Assembly: GCA_004284765.1 (NCBI GenBank)
Contig: NQJD01000001.1
Coordinates: 150,001-182,000, forward strand
Origin: Candidatus Electronema aureum
GTDB taxonomy: Bacteria > Desulfobacterota > Desulfobulbia > Desulfobulbales > Desulfobulbaceae
Length of the DNA stretch: 32,000 nt
Direction: 5' to 3'
Notes under the pieces: generated by a model
The model's database searches: none
Seen by the model: the letters and a program-made list of their open reading frames with translations, nothing else
What the model was told of the DNA's origin: nothing
Position numbers and translations under genes: made by a program
Shown: positions 7,876-16,991 of the stretch, in pieces
How the letters are laid out: every line of letters starts with the position of its first letter
Position numbering within the stretch: the stretch's first letter is position 1

Positions 7876-8130
7876 TGCCAACAAAAGAGGTCAAGGGAGC
7901 GATGGCTGCGCACAAACTGTAATTTGACTCATTGTACCGTATTTTGCAGAAAGCACGCAGTCCTTTTACCGTACAAGAGCAAAAACTATACCTCTTGCAT
8001 AATTGCTACCGCCTTTTGTACAGGCAGAAAACATATAACTCCGCTTGTCCAGCAGCCCCGGTTTCTCACCGTGCTGGAGCTACGCCCAAATTATTGTTGA
8101 GGAAATGTCTTCCTTCAGTCGTCGGTTGAT

Positions 8131-8167
8131 CAAAAGGGAAAACTTCTCGTTTTTACGGCGTTTTCCC
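8131..8167 (-). terminator. Candidate terminator hairpin for the AT-rich island transcript
   Basis: GGGAAAAC (8136-8143) pairs with GTTTTCCC (8160-8167). On the minus strand the stem is followed by TTTT. The 16-nt loop and short U-run make it weak. Confidence 0.3.
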
Positions 8168-8318
8168 TTCCGCAGCAAGGCTTTTCTCAATGTTTTTGAG
8201 TTCACGCTGAAATTTCTGCTTTAGGGCGGCGGCGTTGGCGACTTTTTCTACGAGCAGCCGGTATTGCCGCCGTTTTTCGGCAGCCTCATGCAAGGCCAGT
8301 TGGTCATGAACCGCCTTC

Positions 8319-9254
8319 CTACCTTACTGGCGGCATCGCTTCAAGTCCAACAGCGAAAAGCTTGCGGTAGCTTGCATAGCATCTTCTTGCCCGTCGATAT
8401 TGCTCAAGGTTTGCTATCCGAGCCTTTTCCAGATCAAGCGGTGGAATCCCTATGCCAAAACTATAAATTGGGCCTACATTACCGTTTGGTGTCTCTATAT
8501 AGGTACCATCAGGTTGTTTAGTCGGTGTGCTGCGCTCCTCAACAGAACGAACAACGATTCGGACATGGCCTAAGCCAAGCCGAGGCCCGATAATGTGGCT
8601 ATGCAGATTGCGGTAGTTCGAGGTTTCTTTTTTGTAAGCCTCATTGTCTATAGCTCGAAGTAATTCCATGAACTCTGTTCCTTCCGGCCAAATCGAAATC
8701 AACGTGGACAGACGGTTCTCTTTCTTTTGTCTGCTCATATGATTTGGCTTTTTTATCTCATCAGGCGTTTTAGGATCGCCTTTAAGGTAGTCCTGATACC
8801 CCTTTTCAACCATTAATCGTACCTGATGCATCGTATTGGTGACGACAAAGGTAAGTCTATCGCGACTCGAACTCGGCTGAAACAGACAGTAGAATATAAG
8901 TGTCTCAAGAAATGCTCTCCGCAATTCCCACGCTTTTGCTTCGTCTGTACTGAAGAACTGAAGAACTTTGTTCCAAGCGTACCAGTTGCGCAATGATTCA
9001 TGCCATTGGTTTAAATCATTTGTTAGCTCTCTTAACTCACTTTTGACCATGTCATTAATGATACTCCGACGATTAACGTCGAGATGTATATCATCAAACT
9101 GCCAGTGGCGAGCATCAATCGCTTCCTCGAAATCATAAGGAAGATAGCCTTCTGATGGCTCCAAATCGCCTCTCTTGAGTTCTGTTAGGTAGGCATCAAA
9201 GGAGATACGAAGAAACTTTTGGTAATCTTCTGCGATTTTTATCTTTTTATCCAT
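8319..9254 (-). CDS. Hypothetical protein with HEPN-like RNxxxH motif (Abi-like candidate)
   Basis: 311-aa ORF with ATG at 9254, visibly AT-richer than its neighbours. It is mostly helical/charged. SNYRNLHSH (R215..H220, nt 8595-8612) matches the Rx4-6H HEPN signature with the typical polar residue after R. I recognise no other family. Confidence 0.4.
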   Translation of the reverse strand: MDKKIKIAEDYQKFLRISFDAYLTELKRGDLEPSEGYLPYDFEEAIDARHWQFDDIHLDVNRRSIINDMVKSELRELTNDLNQWHESLRNWYAWNKVLQFFSTDEAKAWELRRAFLETLIFYCLFQPSSSRDRLTFVVTNTMHQVRLMVEKGYQDYLKGDPKTPDEIKKPNHMSRQKKENRLSTLISIWPEGTEFMELLRAIDNEAYKKETSNYRNLHSHIIGPRLGLGHVRIVVRSVEERSTPTKQPDGTYIETPNGNVGPIYSFGIGIPPLDLEKARIANLEQYRRARRCYASYRKLFAVGLEAMPPVR

Positions 9255-9297
9255 ATTGTTATATTCACCCAGAACTTATTTCTTGCACAAGAAAATT

Positions 9298-9894
9298 TCA
9301 ATCATCTCGTAGCTCAGTTTTCTTACCTCGCCTGAATTGCTCCCTAATCACCGTTGAAGAAACATCCTCCTTCAGCCGGTTGATGAGCAAGATGAATTCC
9401 GCCCCATCCGCCCGCAGCCAGCGCATTCCCGCCGCATCCGGTAAGAACGGGCCGGGCAGCCGCTCCATCGCCTGCCGCATGGCCGCGAGCGGAATGCCGG
9501 GCCGGGAGATGACGATGAATTTCGTCAGCTTGAGCAAATCCTGAAAACGATGCCAGAGATGGATATCGAGCAGGGAATCCGCGCCGAGGAGGAAATAAAA
9601 CTGCCCGGTCAGCCGCTTGCGCAGCTCCCGCAGGGTGTCCACGGTGTAGGAAGGCGCGGGCAGCTCGGCCTCAATCAGCGAGATGCTGAAGCGGTCGCAG
9701 CCAGCCAAGGCCGCTTCCAGCATGGCGACGCGCTGGGCGTAATTGGCCCAAGTTTTCCGCTTGTGGGGCGGATCAGCCGCCGGAATGAACAGCACCTGAT
9801 CCAAGCGCAGCTCTTCGGCGGCCTGCTCCGCAATCGCCAGATGCCCGGCATGAACTGGGTCAAAAGTGCCGCCGAAGAGGCCAATTCGCTCCAT
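9298..9894 (-). CDS. nadD: Nicotinate-nucleotide adenylyltransferase
   Basis: GLFGGTFDPVHAGHL (HxGH nucleotidyltransferase motif), LFIPAADPPHK, SSTVIRE. It sits immediately downstream of proA, the usual arrangement. Confidence 0.92.
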   Translation of the reverse strand: MERIGLFGGTFDPVHAGHLAIAEQAAEELRLDQVLFIPAADPPHKRKTWANYAQRVAMLEAALAGCDRFSISLIEAELPAPSYTVDTLRELRKRLTGQFYFLLGADSLLDIHLWHRFQDLLKLTKFIVISRPGIPLAAMRQAMERLPGPFLPDAAGMRWLRADGAEFILLINRLKEDVSSTVIREQFRRGKKTELRDD

Positions 9895-9899
9895 CGCCC

Positions 9900-11165
<1,266 letters not shown>

Positions 11166-11192
11166 GATGTTTCTCGTTGTCAGGATCAGTAA

Positions 11193-12527
11193 TTATTGCC
11201 TAGGCGCATCCAAATAGAGATTCAACCGGTTCTTTTTTAGATAATCGAGCTTCCATCCGAGCTTGGTATCATGAGGCTTTGGATGAATTATAAAGCCGCT
11301 CAACTGAGTGCTGCGCTCGACATTTTCTGTCTTGAGATACGCTTGCTTCCATCGCTCTTTTCCTTCGCAGAGCCAGGTAGAATATTTTGTATTCGATGTG
11401 CCGATAGAAATCGTGGTGATGAAAAAAAGTGCTATACAGACCAGCAACACCCTTTCCGGCATTTTCTCCCTTGTGACGGTAAAGAGGTAGAGCGCAAAAA
11501 AGCCAGGGGTCATATAAGGGATATACCGGGAAGCTGCCGCTGCTCCCAACCCAAGACATGCCCGGCCTATCGCAAGATTGAGAGAAAAGATCAGGGTGAA
11601 GATGATCAACACGATGATGATCTGGTTTCGAGGTACTTCTTTATCATCTACGCTTGTTGCAATATCTTTCCCAGATCGGAAAATGACATACAGCATGTAG
11701 AAAATAATCGGGGCGGCGATGAAATACAAGACAATATTCGACATCCTCATCCCGATAAACGTTGCAAACGCGATGAGAATGAATTTTACATAAATAAACG
11801 AATGCGGATGTGGAAAAACAAATCCTTCTAATGCACTGTTGAATGTATAGTTGAGAAAGAATGAAGCAATTGAGGCAACCGAGATGAAGAAAAAGACGAC
11901 CGCAAGCCTTTTTCTTCTCGAATCATTATTCTTCACAGCAAGAGCAAACTCAGACAGAAAGAGCAACGGCGTGACGCAGCCGATAAAAATACCGAAGCCG
12001 GTGTACAGCGTCATGAAGTTGATTGCTGCGCAGAGCGTATAGCGCAGCGGGATATTCTGTATCATCCAGCAGAGAGCAAAGAGCGTAATCAGCAACAATG
12101 GCATGGCACCATGCGAGACATTCGGTGTATTTGCAAATAGCTCGAACTGCAATGGGGAAAGATAGAGCAGCGGAATGACGAGATCAAATGCTGTGATGTT
12201 GCCAGCAAGCCGCCATTTGAGCGCGAGGGCAGTCAATGCGGCAAGACAGATGACTGTGCCGATCATGAAGCATTCAATTCTGGTGTTCCAGCCGGAAAGA
12301 TCAGCGGTCAGCTTTGTCAGGAAAAAGCCGACTCCTTGACGATGCGGCCCGTGCTGCCAAGAAAAAAGCTCCCACGGCCCTTTCTGCTCAAACAGCCCGC
12401 CCATGAAATCCCATTGATCCAAGAAGAGCATATTGACGCTGTATTTGTCGATCAGGATAAACCATCTTGCAAGAATAAAGATAGAAAGCGCAACCGCTAC
12501 ACTATTGATCAGTAAATATTTTCTCAT
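11193..12527 (-). CDS. Polytopic inner-membrane protein (about 11-12 TM; GT-C-like glycosyltransferase/polymerase candidate)
   Basis: AT-rich, very hydrophobic ORF. ATG at 12527 (MRKYLL) is preferred over TTG at 12539. An early loop reads FLDQWDF...HGPHRQG, and a ~70-aa soluble C-terminus follows the TM segments. The family is not recognised with confidence. Confidence 0.5.
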   Translation of the reverse strand: MRKYLLINSVAVALSIFILARWFILIDKYSVNMLFLDQWDFMGGLFEQKGPWELFSWQHGPHRQGVGFFLTKLTADLSGWNTRIECFMIGTVICLAALTALALKWRLAGNITAFDLVIPLLYLSPLQFELFANTPNVSHGAMPLLLITLFALCWMIQNIPLRYTLCAAINFMTLYTGFGIFIGCVTPLLFLSEFALAVKNNDSRRKRLAVVFFFISVASIASFFLNYTFNSALEGFVFPHPHSFIYVKFILIAFATFIGMRMSNIVLYFIAAPIIFYMLYVIFRSGKDIATSVDDKEVPRNQIIIVLIIFTLIFSLNLAIGRACLGLGAAAASRYIPYMTPGFFALYLFTVTREKMPERVLLVCIALFFITTISIGTSNTKYSTWLCEGKERWKQAYLKTENVERSTQLSGFIIHPKPHDTKLGWKLDYLKKNRLNLYLDAPRQ

Positions 12528-13027
12528 GACTGAACGCAATCAACTGTGTAGATTAATCTCAATCTCAACGCTTCTTTCGAAAATATTCGTCATGTATTTT
12601 CCTGACCAGCTCCTGCGGTGACGCTCCTTCTTCATTGGAGATGCCCCGGGCGGTGTATAATAGATGATAGATGGTTGAAAGTATCTTTAGGCAGGAAAAA
12701 AGAGCAACTATACCTAATGTGCAACTCTTAAAGAAGATTCCCGATCCATTGGATAGCTCCTGAATAGCGGTAGGCAAACCCTATTCACCAGGAGCACGCG
12801 ATCTATTTAAAAAAACGGGATGAAGTCAGAAGGAAGGCTTTATGTATATCGAAAAATGGAAAAATTTCCATAGAAGCCAACATTGTGTTGAAAAAAGAAC
12901 AGAGCTGCCGTCCTGTGGAAATATGTTTTGAGATTTATTAACCACTGCAACGATTGCATTTTATTTCATTGATCGTTTACAGTTAACCATTACCGAAATA
13001 TTATCAGCAGATTTTCCCTATATCGCT

Positions 13028-15397
13028 TCACACTTTCTCAATCAGCACATTCCACTGCCCGCCGCTCTTCTCCTGCCGTAAAATGCGGTGGCCTTCCAGT
13101 CGCACTGAGCCGGGCACGTTTTCAATCGGCTCGCCATCATCAAGGATAATTTCCAAAGTCTCGCCGGGATTTATGCAAGAAAGTAGCACCTTAGTACGGG
13201 CAAAGTTGAGTGGGCATTTGATTCCGCTCAAATCTTTAAATTTATCTGCCTTGATCTTGTCCGCAGATGTTACTGATTGCTGTATCGTACCTGCTACTGG
13301 ATTGCCGCTTTCGCCCGGAAAACGCATGGTGCTATCCATCTTCTCATACAGCTCGGTCATCTCGCGGCCTAATGCGATAATTTTGTTAGGATGACTGAGC
13401 AACTCATCCGTTTTACCACTGAAGGCGAGATCAACAATAAAACGGTGTTCTGCGCTGACCAAACCGGTGTCGAGGAAATGCCGAGCAAAAAGGCTGAAGG
13501 TGTCCGCCTCGTTTTTGGGTTCCTCACCTCGCGTCACTAATAGCATCCGGGCGGAGCGAAAGAGAATATCGTGCAGCACGTCAGCCGGCACAGCTTGGCC
13601 ATTCGTCAGGGATTTTAACTGCTTTTTGATTTCCCGGTCATCCACGTCAATCATATCGTACATGCCCGCTGAACACTCGGCCCGGCCCATGTCCTTGACC
13701 GAAAAAAGTTGCTCTGCGCCGTGGTCGAAGTAGTAATTCTTGTCCTCTTCAAACGACGGAATACTGTTGTATGTGGCTGCACAGAGATCAGCTACCATCG
13801 CCTTGCCGCTGCTGTTCCACCAGCTACTGAAATTATATGCCGGATCGGCGACTTTAAAATTTGCGTACATTTTCAGCACCTCGACTACAAAACGCGGCAG
13901 GTCAAAGGAATGTACCCAGCCAACCACCTCGCCCAGTCGAAGCTGGCCTTGGCTGATACCGCCGTTGCCCAGCACGTTGTAGGTCGGTAGAGCGCGACCC
14001 TGCACGTGCCGCACTTTGCCGTGAAAAGCTATGTCGCCGATCCAATGGTTGGCGCAGGAATTGGGGCAGCCGCTGATGCGGATTTGCACGTCGTCAGGCA
14101 GGGGGAAATCCGCACGGTCGAGGGCGCGGAACACTGCCTGCGCCGCTGGCCGAGGCCGGTTGATGCCGACTTGGCAAGTTTGTGCGCCAGTGCAGGGAAC
14201 TAAGCTCCCGTAGATCACCGGGTTATCACTCAGGGTCGTGCAGGCAGCAATGACGTGGAGCAGGTTGGGCAAAAAACGCTCTGGGATGTTGCGGAGATAG
14301 AGGTTCTGATCCGTGCCGCAGCGCAGGGTATTTTCGCCAAAAAGTTGAAGAAAATTTGTCAGTCGTTGGCAATCTTCTGGCGACAAATCACCCAGCAGTA
14401 ACGGCAACCGGACGGCGTACAGCCCCTCTTGCTTCTGTTTGGTGACATGGCGTTCTTTCCACATCGCAAAACCGGGCGCAGGCTCCACCAGCGGCTCTAA
14501 GGCAATGGCGCAGTTGAGGTTGGCCGCGTTGTCAATCGACGTAATTTGCAAATTGGGGCTGCCTTGGGCCAGCACTTGAGCAAATTCCTCCTGATATGCG
14601 GCGCAGAAGGCGGTCTCGCCCATCTCGTCATGAATGAGAAATTTGATCCGATTACGGTGCTTGTTCTTGCGGTTGCCGTGGGCATGAAAGAGATTCTTGA
14701 TCGCCCGAACAGCATGATACACCTGCGGCTCTGGTAAAAATTCTTGCAGCAGGATGCCGACCTTCGGTCTTGCACCTAATCCGCCGCCAGCATAAAGCTG
14801 ATAGCCGCGTTCGCCCGCAGCATTCAGGCAAGCGATGAAGCCAATGTCCTGCACCAGCGCAAAGGCGGCATCGTCGCTGCGAGAGGTGAAGGCAGTTTTG
14901 ATCTTGCGCGGCAGCTCCCAGCTGTCTGGCTCGGCAACCATGCGAGTAGTCAGAGCCACGGCGCAGGGTTGTACGTCAAAGATATCCTGCGGGCTGATAC
15001 CGGAATCCGGGTTGGCAACAATGTTGCGGATGGTATTACCGCCGCCGCCCAAGCAGGACAGGCCAGCCTCGCGCAGCCGCAGCAGCACGAGAACGAGATT
15101 TTCCTCTTGAACACCGTGCAGCTGGATTTCCGCCCTTGTGGTCACATGCACTCGGCTATCGCCGTATTGCCGGGATAACTCACCCGCTGCGGCTAACTGC
15201 TGCGGGCTGAGGATGCCGCCTGCACAGCGGATGCGGAACATGTAGGTGGTATAATTTCGTTCCAGATATACCCCCATTTTTACCCGTTTGGCAGTGAAAG
15301 CCGTCTCGTGCAGTCTTCCGGCTTGGAACTCGGCCAAATCCTGCTCAAAGCGGCGGATGTCCGCCTCCAACGACACGGAAATCTCGTAATGCAGCAT
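13028..15397 (-). CDS. Sirohaem-[4Fe-4S] sulfite/nitrite reductase haemoprotein fused to an unassigned helical domain and a C-terminal TusA/SirA-like domain
   Basis: ATG at 15397 follows GAGGGA (the track start at 15430 is TTG). Cluster/sirohaem cysteines CTGAQTC (Cx5C) and CPNSC (Cx3C). C-terminal LSGIKCPLNFARTKV..GETLEIILDD..VPGSV resembles TusA (CPxP-type active Cys at nt 13214-13216). Confidence 0.85.
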   Translation of the reverse strand: MLHYEISVSLEADIRRFEQDLAEFQAGRLHETAFTAKRVKMGVYLERNYTTYMFRIRCAGGILSPQQLAAAGELSRQYGDSRVHVTTRAEIQLHGVQEENLVLVLLRLREAGLSCLGGGGNTIRNIVANPDSGISPQDIFDVQPCAVALTTRMVAEPDSWELPRKIKTAFTSRSDDAAFALVQDIGFIACLNAAGERGYQLYAGGGLGARPKVGILLQEFLPEPQVYHAVRAIKNLFHAHGNRKNKHRNRIKFLIHDEMGETAFCAAYQEEFAQVLAQGSPNLQITSIDNAANLNCAIALEPLVEPAPGFAMWKERHVTKQKQEGLYAVRLPLLLGDLSPEDCQRLTNFLQLFGENTLRCGTDQNLYLRNIPERFLPNLLHVIAACTTLSDNPVIYGSLVPCTGAQTCQVGINRPRPAAQAVFRALDRADFPLPDDVQIRISGCPNSCANHWIGDIAFHGKVRHVQGRALPTYNVLGNGGISQGQLRLGEVVGWVHSFDLPRFVVEVLKMYANFKVADPAYNFSSWWNSSGKAMVADLCAATYNSIPSFEEDKNYYFDHGAEQLFSVKDMGRAECSAGMYDMIDVDDREIKKQLKSLTNGQAVPADVLHDILFRSARMLLVTRGEEPKNEADTFSLFARHFLDTGLVSAEHRFIVDLAFSGKTDELLSHPNKIIALGREMTELYEKMDSTMRFPGESGNPVAGTIQQSVTSADKIKADKFKDLSGIKCPLNFARTKVLLSCINPGETLEIILDDGEPIENVPGSVRLEGHRILRQEKSGGQWNVLIEKV

Positions 15398-15438
15398 TTT
15401 TTCCCTCTTCAACGTAGCTTCGAGTGACAACGGATTTT

Positions 15439-16155
15439 TTACCTTGTTGCTATCCCTTCTGCGATTTCCTGCTGAAGGCTGCGGATCAGTGAAATCGGGT
15501 CGTTACTGTCGCGAATGGGCCTGCCGATGACCACATGATCCGCGCCGCTGATGATGGCGTTTTTGGCTGTGGCAATCCGCTTCTGATCATCGCTGCCGTC
15601 ATCAATGTTTGCCCCAGGTCGGATGCCCGGCGTGACTACAAGAAAATTCTTTCCCAGTTCATCCCGCAACGGCCCGGCCTCCAGCGCGGAAGCCACTACG
15701 CCATCGCAGCCAATCTCCAAGGCTTTCCGTGAGCGCAGCAGCACTAAGTCGGCAATGCTGCCGCTCATGCCCATTGCCCGCAGGTCATCTTCGCAAAAAC
15801 TGGTCAGCACAGTGACAGCGAGAATCTTGAGATCGCCTTTGTCCTGCACCGCCGCTCGCACAATGGCATCGTTGCCATGCACGGTGGCAAACGTCACGCC
15901 CCGATTTTTCAGCTGCCCGACCGCCAGCTTTACCGTTTCCGGGATGTCGAAAAATTTGAGATCAACCATGACGTTACAGCCGCGCCGGACTAACGCATCA
16001 ATGGTTTGAAAGCCGCTGGCGAGAAAGAGCTGCAAGCCAACCTTGAAAAATTTAATCTCGCTGTCTAATCGCTCAATCAAGCGCATCGCCTCTTCGTGGG
16101 AAGCCACATCTAAGGCGAAAATAATCCGCTCGTTAAGCGGGATGTTTTTGTCCAT
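15439..16155 (-). CDS. pyrF: Orotidine 5'-phosphate decarboxylase
   Basis: IIFALDV, DLKFFDIPETV, TVHG, VTPGIR motifs. 238 aa. Confidence 0.93.
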   Translation of the reverse strand: MDKNIPLNERIIFALDVASHEEAMRLIERLDSEIKFFKVGLQLFLASGFQTIDALVRRGCNVMVDLKFFDIPETVKLAVGQLKNRGVTFATVHGNDAIVRAAVQDKGDLKILAVTVLTSFCEDDLRAMGMSGSIADLVLLRSRKALEIGCDGVVASALEAGPLRDELGKNFLVVTPGIRPGANIDDGSDDQKRIATAKNAIISGADHVVIGRPIRDSNDPISLIRSLQQEIAEGIATR

Positions 16156-16157
16156 GA

Positions 16158-16973
16158 TTACCTCGAAACGGTTGGCTGGTGTTTCCGCCGCAGCCAGTAC
16201 AGCACGATGCCCGCACAGAGCATGGCCGCACAGAGCAGTTGCCCCATACTCATATCGAAAAAAAGTAGGCCGATCTGCGGGTCTGGCTCGCGGAAAAATT
16301 CAATTAGGTAACGAAAAATACCGTAAAAAATCAAAAAAAGTGCCAGCAGGCTGCCGTGCGGCCACAGCCTTTTAAGCGAATTCTGCCAAGGTTTCGCCCG
16401 GAGCGGCCAGAGAATGAGAAAAAGCAGCAATCCTTCTAACAGTGCCTCGTAGAGCTGGGAAGGATGCCGAGGCAGCGAGCCACCGAGAGGGAAAATCATG
16501 CCCCAAGCAGCCTCGGTGGTCCGTCCGTACAATTCGCCGTTCATAAAATTGCCGATCCTGCCCAAGCCTAAACCGATGGGCACTGTGACCACATATACAT
16601 CTGCTGCCTTCCAAAAATCCAGCTGAGTCCGGCGACAAAAAAGCAGGCCAGCAATCAACACGCCGATCACCCCGCCGTGAAAGGACATCCCGCCCTGCCA
16701 CGTGGCAAAGACTTCTATCGGATGTACCAAATAATAGGTCAGATTATAGAAAAGGACATAGCCTATCCGTCCGCCGAGAATAACTCCAACGATCAAGGCT
16801 AAATTAAGATTATCAAGCTGTTCAAGCAGTTGTTGCCAACCGAACTGTTTAGCCTGTCGCCTGACTAAAAAATAAGAAGCCGTAAAGCCAAGGACATACA
16901 TCAGCCCGTACCAGCGTACCGCCAAGGGGCCGACGGCAAAAATAACTGGATCGATGTCAGGATATGCAAGCAT
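16158..16973 (-). CDS. lgt: Prolipoprotein diacylglyceryl transferase
   Basis: GPLAVRWYGLMYVLGF, GGRIGYVLFYN, GGMSFHGGVIG, GRIGNFMNGELYGR, HPSQLYEALLEG. Its stop lies 2 nt before the pyrF start. Confidence 0.95.
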   Translation of the reverse strand: MLAYPDIDPVIFAVGPLAVRWYGLMYVLGFTASYFLVRRQAKQFGWQQLLEQLDNLNLALIVGVILGGRIGYVLFYNLTYYLVHPIEVFATWQGGMSFHGGVIGVLIAGLLFCRRTQLDFWKAADVYVVTVPIGLGLGRIGNFMNGELYGRTTEAAWGMIFPLGGSLPRHPSQLYEALLEGLLLFLILWPLRAKPWQNSLKRLWPHGSLLALFLIFYGIFRYLIEFFREPDPQIGLLFFDMSMGQLLCAAMLCAGIVLYWLRRKHQPTVSR

Positions 16974-16991
16974 GAAAAACTCAGTTGATTC

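Noticed and set aside
175-7884. Search for an MglA-type small GTPase or any Walker-A ORF in the signalling locus
   Set aside because: No GxxxxGK[ST] motif occurs in any frame-supported ORF here. The absence is reported as part of the finding rather than as a feature.
8154-8318. Open frame on the minus strand encoding a coiled-coil-like peptide (..HDQLALHEAAEKRRQYRLLVEKVANAAALKQKFQRELKNIEKSLAAEGKTP)
   Set aside because: It has no ATG/GTG start and no SD (only an internal TTG). It could be a gene remnant or a small partner of the HEPN-like gene, but this cannot be supported from the sequence alone.
12565-12777. 70-aa minus-strand ORF in the AT-rich intergenic region
   Set aside because: It has no SD, an odd composition and no motifs. 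It is probably a chance ORF in the promoter region of the membrane-protein/proA operon.
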